Part shown: one piece after another, positions 26,803 to 36,653 of the stretch
How the letters are laid out: every line of letters starts with the position of its first letter
Position numbering within the stretch: the first letter of the stretch is position 1
NCBI GenBank assembly: GCA_937928405.1
Contig: CALFWZ010000143.1
Location: forward strand, 3,208-67,207
Direction: 5' to 3'
From: an uncultured Saprospiraceae bacterium
GTDB taxonomy: Bacteria; Bacteroidota; Bacteroidia; Chitinophagales; Saprospiraceae
DNA: 64,000 nucleotides
Notes under the pieces: model-generated
The model's input: the letters and a program-made list of their open reading frames with translations, nothing else
Database searches by the model: none
What the model was told of the DNA's origin: nothing
Translations under genes and position numbers: made by a program

Positions 26803-28605
26803 TTATTCTTCTTCCATCCGTCGCTGGGCTTTGCGATCTACGCCCCCATCCAGTTCATCCTGCCAAGCTTTAAGTTCATCCCATTGGCCATCGGCGGCCA
26901 TTCGAGCTTGCTTAGGCCAGGTAGATGGGTTATGGCTTTTGTAGCGATTTCCCGCAGCTAGCAAAATGCTACTCAATTGAGTAGGTTCTGTTTGTGCTAA
27001 TTGACTCCAAGTCTTAATTCCTACGTTTTGGAGAATTTCTTCGATTTTAGGACCGATGCCTTCGATAATTTTTAGATCATCAGGACGTTCCGTTTTTTGT
27101 TCAGTCGATGGTACTGCGTTGACGGCATTCGTGGTTTTCGGCGTCTCCGTTTTTTTGACCACTTCTTTTATTTCTTCAGCAACTTCCACTACCTTTTCTT
27201 TGGTCTCTGGAATTTCTTCTTTCACTTCTTCGATCGTTTCCTCGATTTTTTCTTTCGCTTCCTGAACCTTCTCGTTGATTTTTCCACCAATCACTTCTGC
27301 GATTGCTTTGACGGTATCCACCGCATCTTCCAATGTATCACGAAGTTGTTCCCCAACTTCATTGGCAGTCTCTGTAACTGCCTCTAGGATATCTTCCGCT
27401 TTACTTTCCGGTCCTTTACCTTTAATAGCATCTGCTGCTTTTTCCAGTTTTTCCCCTTGTGCTTCCCGTGCTGTTTCGGCAGCTTTCATTTCCTCTTTTA
27501 TTTTTGCTTTAGCCACTTCTTTGGCTTCTTTTATTTTTTGCTGCTCAGCCCGTTTTTTATCTCTTTCTTGCTGCGCTACCTTTTTCTTTTCTAGCTCTTC
27601 TCTCGTACGATGCATATCAGCCAACTTCTCTTCTTTAGAACGAATACGTTCCTCAATCATTTTAATTTTTGCTTGGCGAATTTGTGCTTCGAGTTGTCCA
27701 TCACTATTGGCAATTCTTCGATCTTCGTATTTCAGGTCATTCCGATCGCGTTCGATCGAGTGTTCCATTTTTCCAATGGCATTCATCAACCCGTCGTATC
27801 TTTTGTTCAGTCGATCAGTAGGAGAGTTACCACCTGCAGCTTCAGGACCAAATTTTTTCTCTTTTACCACTTTAAAGAGACCATCCAATTTACCCCAAAC
27901 TTTGGAGCGGTGTTCTTTAGTAAGTTTGGTATCGCGAAATCGTTTTTGGACTTCTTTGAGCTCATTAAAAATATTAGTAAGGTTCATGCCTTTGGCCACC
28001 TTTTCTTCTAATTCGCCCAATGTATTTTTGAAAGTTTCGAAGTGCGTTTGAGACATACTCTCAAATTCCTTATTCAAGGCGACCCGCATTTCCTTCATTT
28101 TGGAAAATAGTTCATTGGTGTTTTCTCGCAAACTATTAGCGTGCTCACGAAAAAGGTTGCGTTCTCGCACCTGTCCTTGTACCTTATTCCAAAAGACTTT
28201 AAGTGCCTCCCAAGTTTTGGAATCATAATCAGTCAGCTGATCAATTTTTTCTTTTAATTCTGCTAGTTCAGTTTTATAAACTTGGTTGAGTTTTTCTGAA
28301 AGGACGACAAATTGCCATTCCGTTTGGGCGCGTTGAATAACGTCGCCGCGTTCTACCTTAAGTGTATCTGGTAAAAGTGGTTCGGTGAGGGAGAGTTCTC
28401 TCTCCATAGTTTGGTAACCTTCCGGAAAAAGAACGGCCTGTCCATTTCTCCATTCTTCAAACATTTTTTTACCAAATTCCTCAGTAGCTAAACTTTCTGA
28501 AAAGGTATAAACGTTTACTTTCGATTCGCTGGGTCGAAGTTCTAGTGCAATTAGCACTTTTTCTTCTTTTTCATTGGTACCCCAAAGCACAAGCTTGGTC
28601 TTCAT
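26803..28605 (-). CDS. Lys/Glu-rich coiled-coil protein (DUF349-like repeats) with C-terminal helix-hairpin-helix module
   Basis: 600 aa with long KE-rich helical segments and the C-terminal block DDLKIIEGIGPKIEEILQNVGIKTWSQLAQT (HhH-like). Confidence 0.5.
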   Translation of the reverse strand: MKTKLVLWGTNEKEEKVLIALELRPSESKVNVYTFSESLATEEFGKKMFEEWRNGQAVLFPEGYQTMERELSLTEPLLPDTLKVERGDVIQRAQTEWQFVVLSEKLNQVYKTELAELKEKIDQLTDYDSKTWEALKVFWNKVQGQVRERNLFREHANSLRENTNELFSKMKEMRVALNKEFESMSQTHFETFKNTLGELEEKVAKGMNLTNIFNELKEVQKRFRDTKLTKEHRSKVWGKLDGLFKVVKEKKFGPEAAGGNSPTDRLNKRYDGLMNAIGKMEHSIERDRNDLKYEDRRIANSDGQLEAQIRQAKIKMIEERIRSKEEKLADMHRTREELEKKKVAQQERDKKRAEQQKIKEAKEVAKAKIKEEMKAAETAREAQGEKLEKAADAIKGKGPESKAEDILEAVTETANEVGEQLRDTLEDAVDTVKAIAEVIGGKINEKVQEAKEKIEETIEEVKEEIPETKEKVVEVAEEIKEVVKKTETPKTTNAVNAVPSTEQKTERPDDLKIIEGIGPKIEEILQNVGIKTWSQLAQTEPTQLSSILLAAGNRYKSHNPSTWPKQARMAADGQWDELKAWQDELDGGVDRKAQRRMEEE

Positions 28606-28793
28606 ATAATTACGGTATCTGTTAATAATTTCATTTAATATCAGTGTTTCTCGTGCAATATGTTAGATTCTGTTTGATAAAAGTATAAAAAAGAGATTGA
28701 AAATCAAACTATTATACATTTTACCTTCTCAACTACTTAAAAGCAGTTATCCGTTTCTGTAAATCAGAAAAAGAAAATAACTGTAAAAAGTTT

Positions 28794-29792
28794 CTATACT
28801 AGTTTTTTCTTCATCAAGTATTCCGCAATTTGTACGGCGTTAGTTGCGGCTCCTTTGCGTAAGTTATCAGAAACAATCCAAAGGTTTAAGGCATTTTTTT
28901 CTGAATCATCTCGACGAATTCTACCTACAAAAACATCATCGTGATTATGGGCCGTTCGAGGCATAGGATAAATATTTTTCTTGACATTATCCTGTACAGT
29001 CACTCCCTTGGTTTTTCGTAAAATCCGTTTGATATCTTTTACTTCAAATGGTTTTTTAAAACTAATATTCACCGACTCAGAATGTCCACCTTGTACTGGC
29101 ACTCGTACTGCGGTAGCTGTAATTCTTAATTTTTTATTACTCAGAATTTTTCGGGTTTCATGCACCAATTTCATTTCTTCTTTCGTGTAATCATTTTCTA
29201 AAAAGATATCACAATGTGGCAGACAATTTCCAAAGATCGGATACGGATATGCCATCTCATCTGTTGCTAAAGATTTCCCTTTTTTTTCTGCTTCGTATTG
29301 TTTCACCGCTTTTACTCCCGTTCCGGTAATCGACTGATAAGTAGAAATAACCAATCGCTTCAATCCAAATTCTTTATGCAAAGGCGCCAAAGCAGCCACC
29401 ATCTGAATAGTCGAGCAATTGGGGTTTGCAATAATTTTATCTTTTTTGGTTAACTGGTCTGCATTAATCTCAGGAACGATCAGTTTCTTTTTCGGATCCA
29501 TTCGCCAAGCCGAAGAATTATCAATCACGGTAGTTCCTACTTCAGCAAATTTTGGTGCCCATTGCAAGGAGGTGCTACCCCCCGCTGAAAAAATGGCAAT
29601 ATCAGGACGTTTAGCAATCGCATCTTCTACGCTAATAATTTTATAAGTCTTTCTACCAAATTTGATTTTTTTTCCAACCGAACGAGGAGAAGCCACAGGA
29701 ATAAATTCGGTAATAGGAAATTTACGTTCCTTTAATACTTGCTGCATGACGGTTCCTACCAAACCAGTTACTCCTACTACTGCTAATTTCAT
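28794..29792 (-). CDS. asd: Aspartate-semialdehyde dehydrogenase
   Basis: The N-terminus MKLAVVGVTGLVG, the active-site block NPNCSTIQM and the C-terminal LRKGAATNAVQIAE. Confidence 0.95.
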   Translation of the reverse strand: MKLAVVGVTGLVGTVMQQVLKERKFPITEFIPVASPRSVGKKIKFGRKTYKIISVEDAIAKRPDIAIFSAGGSTSLQWAPKFAEVGTTVIDNSSAWRMDPKKKLIVPEINADQLTKKDKIIANPNCSTIQMVAALAPLHKEFGLKRLVISTYQSITGTGVKAVKQYEAEKKGKSLATDEMAYPYPIFGNCLPHCDIFLENDYTKEEMKLVHETRKILSNKKLRITATAVRVPVQGGHSESVNISFKKPFEVKDIKRILRKTKGVTVQDNVKKNIYPMPRTAHNHDDVFVGRIRRDDSEKNALNLWIVSDNLRKGAATNAVQIAEYLMKKKLV

Positions 29793-29944
29793 TTCATTTA
29801 AGATTTATGTTTAAAAAATAATAGTAAGCTAATCCTATATTCAGACAGCCTACCATCATAAATGAGTTTACTTATGTAATGGGTTTACCTAAAATTTACG
29901 GGCAAAGTTAATTCCATTTACGAATATTTACTATTTTTGATACT

Positions 29945-32900
29945 ATGAATAAATATATAATTACCAGTTTTTTCTTGTCGTTTGCATTATGTCTACAAGC
30001 GCAATTTATCGAAAATTTTACAGACGGTAATTTTACGGATAACCCAACCTGGCAAGGAGACACCGAATGGTATGTAATTAATAGTAATCTTGAGTTACAA
30101 AACATGGATACGATGAGTAGAAGTTCCTACCTATCTGTCCCTGCAACAACTTCGGATAGCACCACTTGGGAATTTTACTTTCGGTTAGAATTTGACCCAT
30201 CTAATTCTAACCAAATGCGTGCCTATCTTAATGCGAGTCAGTCTGATCTAACCGGTCCTCAGGATGCCTACTTTTTACAAGTGGGTGCTAGCGGTGGAGA
30301 TGATGCGGTAGAATTTCGCCGTCAGGATGGAACCGGTTCTACCCTTCTATTAAGCACCCCCACTGGCAGTGCGGCCACTAGTCCAGAAATTCGAGTGCGC
30401 GTTACTCGTGACAATAATCAAGCATGGGAATTATTGGCAGATTTAACCGGTGGTACTAATTTTCAATCTTATGGTACTGTCACTGATGGCACTCATCCAA
30501 TGGGGCAGTATTTTGGTTTCAGTAATAAATATACTTCCACACGAGTTGACAAATTTTTCTTTGATGACATTTCAATTGCTCCACTTTTTACCGACGTCAC
30601 ACCGCCTGTCCTCATTGCAGCCAATGCGGTTGATAATAGTACGGTCACTTTACAATTTAACGAACCACTTGATGAAGCTACTATCGCAATAATTAGCAAC
30701 TACAGTTTTACTCCAACAGTTAATGTAATCAGTGCCATGCTAGACAATAGTGATCCTGCTCGGATTGTCCTTAATGTTGAACCGCTGGTCAATGGTAATA
30801 ATTATATCGTTACCGCTACCGGGATAGCCGATGTTGAAAATAATATAGCAGGTGCCCAAACACAGGATTTTCTTTTTGTTCAAACCGTCAATGCAGCACC
30901 CAACGATATCATCATTAACGAAATTATGGCCGACCAAGCTCCCGAAGTAGGGTTGCCACTTTTTGAATTTGTCGAGCTTTATAATCGTAGTGATAAATTT
31001 ATTAACCTAGAAAACTTTACCATCTCAGATGCTAATAGCACCGCCGATCCGCTCCCTAATTTTGTCTTAGCTCCCGATGGATATATCATCATCTGCGACG
31101 CAGCCAATGTAAGCGCCTTTACTGGATTTGGTCCCACGCTAGGAGTTGGAAATCTGCCTCTCCTAAACAATGGCCAGGATCGTATCAGTTTGCGTAGTAA
31201 TAATAACATTCTAATTCACACCATTCTCTATCAGGATGACTGGTACCGCGATGCCATAAAAGCAGAAGGAGGGTGGACACTAGAGTTAATTAATCCAAAC
31301 CTCTTTTGTTTGGGAGCCGATAATTGGATCGCTTCAAACGATGAAGACGGAGGTACGCCTGGTCGGGTAAACTCCGTGCTAGATAACACACCAGACAATA
31401 CGCCTCCTACTGTTCTGTCTGCTACGGCAATTTCTGATAATAATTTATCAATTGTATTCAGCGAAGTCATGTCTGAGGCGGATGTAGAAAATCCCGCTAA
31501 TTATATAATTACACCAGGAAATTTCTCTCCCATTTCTGTTACCCTTGACGAAGTTGGCACTACTGCCACTGCAATTTTCCCTTCCAGTTTTATGGATCGT
31601 CAAGAATATACAGTCACCATAAATTCGGTCAGTGATTGCGTAGGCAATAGTATTGCGGGAGATAATACTGCTTCTTTCCGTTTTTTTATAACCACCTTGG
31701 CAGAACGGTATGACATTCTAATCAACGAAATATATGCCATTCCAACACCATCGCATGGCTTACCAGAAATAGAATTTGTGGAATTATACAACCGCAGTGA
31801 TAAAGCAATCAATTTAGAAAACTACACTTTTAACGAAGGAAGCAGCAGTGGTAATACGCTACCCTTTTTCGTTTTAGTTCCAGACGCTTATGTGATTTTA
31901 CAAAAATCTGAATTTGATGATTTCGGTGCCTATGGCGACGTCATCAAGTTAAATAATTTTGCTCTGACCAATTCAGGAGAGTTGCTTAATTTAGAAGATC
32001 CATTTGGTAATACCATTGATGCGGTTGAATACGATAGTGATTGGTCTATTCCAGGTCGCTCGGCGGGTTATTCTTTAGAACGAATCAACACGAATAATTT
32101 TTGTACGAATGGAAAGGCAGATTGGAGTAGTAGTTTTGCTGATTTAGGTGGAACTCCTGGTAGTCAAAATAATATATTCAATCAAGATAATCCAAATAAT
32201 GATGGCCCGAATCTGACCAAGGTATACATGAATCGTGGAATTCCAAATCAAGTTGTTCTAAGTTTTGATCAGGCACTTGATCCGATGACTGCTAGTGATA
32301 TTACAAGCTATGGGCTTACGCCTTCGGATCGATCCGTGATAAGTGCCACCTTAGTACCACCGCTTTTTACGGAAGTAAATCTACAACTAAACAACAATGC
32401 GGAACCTCAAACTATTTATACCTTAGCGACTAATACCAATATTGCTAGTTGTAAAAATAACTTTCCCACATTAGAGCAAACTGGTCGATTTGCTATTTCT
32501 GAAGATATAGAAGAAGGCGATTTAATCTTAAACGAAATTTTACATAATCCGTTTACCAATGGAAGTCGATTTATAGAGCTTTATAATCAGAGTAATAAAG
32601 TCGTAGATGTCCAAGAATTATTTTTAGGAAAAAGGATTGGTGTCGACTCAATCGCGTTTGATGAAGCAGTAGAAACGCCTTGTCTATTTTTTCCAAACGA
32701 ATATATTGTACTCACTCCGGAGCCGGAAGATATTTTAGCTCGTTATGAAGTAGAAAACCCCAATGCGCTCGTAGAGACCCCTGTTCCTAGCTATGATGAT
32801 GACGAAGATCAAGTGGTTTTGTTGACCTTTGAATCAGTCATTTTAGATGAACTTGCGTATACCCGTGCATTCAACAATGCCCTACTTGACGACCGAAATG

Positions 32901-33361
32901 GGGTGTCTTTGGAAAGAATCGATTTCAATGAGCCTACTCAAAATATTGGGAACTGGGCTTCCGCAGCAGAAACAGCTGGATTTGCGACGCCTACTTATCA
33001 GAATTCTCAATTTTCAGAAAGGACTGGTGTAGTTACGGAAAATCAATTTATTTCACTAGATGAAACCACTATTTCTCCAGATGGAGATGGTTTTCAAGAT
33101 GCTTTGATTATTGGTTATCAGACGACAGATCCGGGCTTTTTAGCCAATATTAGGATTTACGATGCCCGTGGACGATTGGTAAAGAAACTTAATCAGCAAA
33201 CACTTATTGCCGCAGAAGGAAGCCTAAAATGGGACGGAAGTACGGACAAAGAAGAAAAAGCACCTATTGGTATATATGTCCTAGTAGCGGAATTTACGCA
33301 CCCAGATGGAAGGGTCCAAACAGACAAAGAAACAATCGTAGTTGCGGCAAGATTAGAATAA
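29945..33361 (+). CDS. Large secreted protein with three lamin-tail domains (LTD), Ig-like spacers and CHU_C-like (T9SS type B) C-terminal domain
   Basis: Three internal LTD repeats: INEIMAD...FEFVELYNRSDKFINLENFTISD, INEIYAI...IEFVELYNRSDKAINLENYTFNE and LNEILHNP...RFIELYNQSNKVVDVQELFLG. The C-terminus reads ISPDGDGFQDALII...IRIYDARGRLV...LKWDG...PIGIYVLV. Confidence 0.7.
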   Translation: MNKYIITSFFLSFALCLQAQFIENFTDGNFTDNPTWQGDTEWYVINSNLELQNMDTMSRSSYLSVPATTSDSTTWEFYFRLEFDPSNSNQMRAYLNASQSDLTGPQDAYFLQVGASGGDDAVEFRRQDGTGSTLLLSTPTGSAATSPEIRVRVTRDNNQAWELLADLTGGTNFQSYGTVTDGTHPMGQYFGFSNKYTSTRVDKFFFDDISIAPLFTDVTPPVLIAANAVDNSTVTLQFNEPLDEATIAIISNYSFTPTVNVISAMLDNSDPARIVLNVEPLVNGNNYIVTATGIADVENNIAGAQTQDFLFVQTVNAAPNDIIINEIMADQAPEVGLPLFEFVELYNRSDKFINLENFTISDANSTADPLPNFVLAPDGYIIICDAANVSAFTGFGPTLGVGNLPLLNNGQDRISLRSNNNILIHTILYQDDWYRDAIKAEGGWTLELINPNLFCLGADNWIASNDEDGGTPGRVNSVLDNTPDNTPPTVLSATAISDNNLSIVFSEVMSEADVENPANYIITPGNFSPISVTLDEVGTTATAIFPSSFMDRQEYTVTINSVSDCVGNSIAGDNTASFRFFITTLAERYDILINEIYAIPTPSHGLPEIEFVELYNRSDKAINLENYTFNEGSSSGNTLPFFVLVPDAYVILQKSEFDDFGAYGDVIKLNNFALTNSGELLNLEDPFGNTIDAVEYDSDWSIPGRSAGYSLERINTNNFCTNGKADWSSSFADLGGTPGSQNNIFNQDNPNNDGPNLTKVYMNRGIPNQVVLSFDQALDPMTASDITSYGLTPSDRSVISATLVPPLFTEVNLQLNNNAEPQTIYTLATNTNIASCKNNFPTLEQTGRFAISEDIEEGDLILNEILHNPFTNGSRFIELYNQSNKVVDVQELFLGKRIGVDSIAFDEAVETPCLFFPNEYIVLTPEPEDILARYEVENPNALVETPVPSYDDDEDQVVLLTFESVILDELAYTRAFNNALLDDRNGVSLERIDFNEPTQNIGNWASAAETAGFATPTYQNSQFSERTGVVTENQFISLDETTISPDGDGFQDALIIGYQTTDPGFLANIRIYDARGRLVKKLNQQTLIAAEGSLKWDGSTDKEEKAPIGIYVLVAEFTHPDGRVQTDKETIVVAARLE

Positions 33362-33566
33362 TACTTTCATTAAACCCTAAATTTGTTTAAATTTGTGTCT
33401 AAATTGGAATGAAACCACTGCAAATTATTGATGGTTTCTCCTTTTTGAACCCTACTCAACCCAATATCTGCGCGTTTATTTCCCAAAAACATGTTCGGCT
33501 AACTCCAAAAAACTTGCTGTTACAGAATTTTTATATTAAAAACTATTTTAATATATTTACCCTACT

Positions 33567-34517
33567 ATGGTTACAAAGATCCTCGGTTATCGCTATATTC
33601 AGTTATTCCTCTCTGCCTTTATTATTTTGGGAGCGGTGCTTTGTATTTTTACTCCCAATTATTACCTTTTTAAGATGGGGAGCGAATTTGCCATTCAGAT
33701 TATGTTGGGTTATCTAGTTGGTGGCTTTATTTTCTTATATTTTCAGCAACCCAAATTGACCTTTACTAGCTTTGCCTGTTGTGCCGGATTGTGTTTATTT
33801 TTAAAATATTCCACCAATGCAGAAATGAAGGCTCCCATCATAACGGATTCAGAAATTGTAAATATTGCTCACTTCAATCTTTCTTCTACTGCTTCAGATT
33901 ATGAGCAAATGATTAAAAATATTAGAGCAGCAGATGCAGACCTTGTTTCTATTCAAGAATTAACGCCTGATTGGTTACCAATCCTTGAGGCTGAACTTTC
34001 AGAATTATATCCTTATTCTTCCAGTATTGTACGAATGGATCCATTTGGAATAGCCGTTTTATCCAAGCGTCCTATGCTTAATCTGGACACTTTCTACTAC
34101 GAAAATATTCCAAACATTGCGGGTACATTAAAGTGCGAAAAAGGAGAAAAGTCTTTACACTTTATTGCTGCCCATACGACTCCCCCGCTCTACCAAAAGG
34201 CACATGCCAGAATGCAACAACATTTAGAAGTAATTGGCAATTATATTGACAAGATCAATCTTCCAGTCGTTACAATAGGTGATTTTTACGCACCACCTTG
34301 GTGCCGAGAAATACAAGATTTGAAGTATGCTGCTGGCCTAAATGACAGTCGAAGAACTGCTAAACTAATTGTTTCTCAACTGTTTGAAAACCCGGTTGAC
34401 TATATTCTACATTCTGATCAACTAACTTGTATTGATTTTGAGTCGATCTCTAATCAAGCGTCAGAACATATCGGTATCCGAGGTGCTTATCAGTTCAATT
34501 CCCCAATTGAACAATAA
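33567..34517 (+). CDS. Membrane-anchored endonuclease/exonuclease/phosphatase (EEP) family protein
   Basis: 3-4 N-terminal TM helices are followed by EEP blocks IAHFNL, ADLVSIQELT, HFIAAHTTPP and IGDFY. Confidence 0.7.
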   Translation: MVTKILGYRYIQLFLSAFIILGAVLCIFTPNYYLFKMGSEFAIQIMLGYLVGGFIFLYFQQPKLTFTSFACCAGLCLFLKYSTNAEMKAPIITDSEIVNIAHFNLSSTASDYEQMIKNIRAADADLVSIQELTPDWLPILEAELSELYPYSSSIVRMDPFGIAVLSKRPMLNLDTFYYENIPNIAGTLKCEKGEKSLHFIAAHTTPPLYQKAHARMQQHLEVIGNYIDKINLPVVTIGDFYAPPWCREIQDLKYAAGLNDSRRTAKLIVSQLFENPVDYILHSDQLTCIDFESISNQASEHIGIRGAYQFNSPIEQ

Positions 34518-34523
34518 TAATAG

Positions 34524-34898
34524 ATGTCTATCCTAAAAAAGAGAATTGATAGTTTCCGCTTTGCGTTCAAAGGGCTGGCGGATTTATTTATTTCTCAACC
34601 AAATGCCCGTATTCATGGAGTAGCCTCCATCATAGCACTCGTCTTAGGTGGTGTATTAGGGCTTTCGAAAATAGAATGGTGTCTAGTAATACTCTGTATT
34701 TTTGCGGTATTAGCCGCCGAAGCATTTAACACGGCTTTGGAATATCTTACAGACCTAGTCTCTCCCGAATATCACCCGTTAGCAGGAAAAACCAAAGACG
34801 TCGCCGCAGCCGGTGTACTATTAACTGCGTTTGGTGCGTTCATCATTGGCACAATAATTTATCTCCCAAAGATGCTAATGTATTTGAACGTTAATTGA
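34524..34898 (+). CDS. dgkA: Diacylglycerol kinase (DgkA family)
   Basis: 124 aa with 3 TM helices and the conserved block AEAFNTALEYLTDLVSPEYHPLAGKTKDVAAAGVLL. Confidence 0.85.
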   Translation: MSILKKRIDSFRFAFKGLADLFISQPNARIHGVASIIALVLGGVLGLSKIEWCLVILCIFAVLAAEAFNTALEYLTDLVSPEYHPLAGKTKDVAAAGVLLTAFGAFIIGTIIYLPKMLMYLNVN

Positions 34899-34960
34899 TT
34901 AATGTTCTTTTTACTCCCCGAATCACCTACGATTTACTTTAATTCTGCAAATATTACTTG

Positions 34961-36415
34961 ATGAAGACCCGACTATTCTTTTCTTGCTGTTTATATTTCA
35001 TAATAGGAAGCTTTAGTCTTTTTTCCCAAGAACAGCTGGGTTTAAGAGTAGATAACTTTAGTGGTGTCAACGGTATCGTTTTAAATCCTGCCGCCAATCT
35101 TACTTCTCCTTTTCGGTTTGATATTAATCTTGCCAGTGCTGGTTTTTTCATTGATAATAATTATGGTCACATTCGAAATACACATCTCTTTCATTTTATA
35201 AAAAACAGTCAAGATCCTGATAATCTAGTGAATGCCGTTTATACACCTAACGATGTTGCCAGTGAGGACTCGTGGTTGCTTTTTGATTATTTTGATAATG
35301 ATAAACTGAAATATGCTTCAGCCTCCATGTATGTAATGGGACCATCTTTTAGTATTAAACTGAATAATGGCTATTCTTTTAGTTTTATTTCTGCACTACG
35401 CGGAGCAGGTTCTACCCATCGTTTGCCTCCTAATGCTGCTTTTTATCATATTGACCGAACGCCCTTTGGCGAAGCTATTGATATTGCGCCCATAAACGCT
35501 GCGGGAATGGTTTGGAGTGAATTTGGGATAAACTTTGCCCCGGCTTTCTACACATACAACGGTAAGTTGAGTTTTGGGATTACCGCCAAATATCTTACTG
35601 GCTATGAAGGAGCTTTCGTAGAGACACCCCGCACTTTACAGATAACCCAGTTTCCTGGTGACACCTTATTATTAGACAATAGTTTGATTAAATTTGGGTT
35701 TACTGATTCGAATACTAATACAGATATTGATCCGGCCATTCGTAAAAACGGTCAAGGCCTTAGCTTTGACGTTGGTGCAGTTATGACCATTGAAGGAGAC
35801 GAGGAAGGTTATATCTGGCGATTAGGAGCCAGTATTGTTGATATTGGAAAAATAAATTTCTCCAAAAATACACAGCTACACCAAATTGATCAGTCAAATG
35901 TCTCAGCATTGGGTATTCTACCGCTTGATAATTATAGCGGTTTGTCCGACTTTTCTGATTATGCCAACCTTTTCAGTGACAATATACTCGGAGATTCCCT
36001 TGCTTCCAGAACAGGCGATCGTTTTTCGATCGGACTTCCTACTGCCCTCAGCCTCCAAGCAGATTATCAGTTCTATCCCAATTTGTATGTCAATACTACT
36101 TTGGTACAAAGACTAAAATTCAACGCACAAGCAATTGGTCGAGATAATATTTTTGCTATTACGCCTCGCTATAGTTCCAGATGGATTTCCGCTTCCCTAT
36201 CTTTGATTTTACGCAATTATCAACAAGTCAGGACTGGGTTTTCCGTTCGATTGGCCTGGTTTATCCTCGGATCTGACAACTTGGGTAGTTGGGTCGGAAA
36301 ATCTACCTTCACTGGAACCGATTTTTTCTTTGGTTTAAAGGTAAATCCTTTTCGTACGGGCCCTTGGAATTTTTCCTCTGGAGGAGGCAAAGGAACGAAG
36401 TGTTATGACTTTTAA
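34961..36415 (+). CDS. Predicted outer-membrane beta-barrel protein (hypothetical)
   Basis: Signal peptide and alternating beta-strand pattern, with an aromatic-rich C-terminal region. I prefer the ATG at 34961 to the TTG at 34958. Confidence 0.4.
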   Translation: MKTRLFFSCCLYFIIGSFSLFSQEQLGLRVDNFSGVNGIVLNPAANLTSPFRFDINLASAGFFIDNNYGHIRNTHLFHFIKNSQDPDNLVNAVYTPNDVASEDSWLLFDYFDNDKLKYASASMYVMGPSFSIKLNNGYSFSFISALRGAGSTHRLPPNAAFYHIDRTPFGEAIDIAPINAAGMVWSEFGINFAPAFYTYNGKLSFGITAKYLTGYEGAFVETPRTLQITQFPGDTLLLDNSLIKFGFTDSNTNTDIDPAIRKNGQGLSFDVGAVMTIEGDEEGYIWRLGASIVDIGKINFSKNTQLHQIDQSNVSALGILPLDNYSGLSDFSDYANLFSDNILGDSLASRTGDRFSIGLPTALSLQADYQFYPNLYVNTTLVQRLKFNAQAIGRDNIFAITPRYSSRWISASLSLILRNYQQVRTGFSVRLAWFILGSDNLGSWVGKSTFTGTDFFFGLKVNPFRTGPWNFSSGGGKGTKCYDF

Positions 36416-36653
36416 GACATCATAACCTAAATTCGAGGGTATTTAGCTTTCTATTATCTCTCATCTACTTTTTTCCCTATTCTTGGAATAATCCTTGCTT
36501 TAATATGTCATGGAAACTTTTAATCGTAAGGTTATGACAGGGTTTCTGACTTGGATACTATGAAAATCTACCTATACATCCCCTTTTATGGCAATTTCAA
36601 TGTCACAATTTCGAAAGAAACCGACAAAAAACAATTTGCCAATTAGGTAATTT

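Noticed and set aside
27056-28051. Plus-strand ORFs of 69-258 aa (27056, 27097, 27275, 27610), Ser/Phe-rich, lying inside the 600-aa minus-strand gene
   Set aside because: They are antisense shadows of a Lys/Glu-rich, GAA/AAG-repetitive coding region. They have low-complexity composition and no start context or motifs, while the minus-strand ORF is long and carries a recognisable HhH module.
33409-33717. 102-aa ORF overlapping the start of the EEP gene
   Set aside because: It lies in a different frame over the TM-helix-encoding 5' end of the 316-aa EEP gene and has no motifs. The EEP ORF explains the region.
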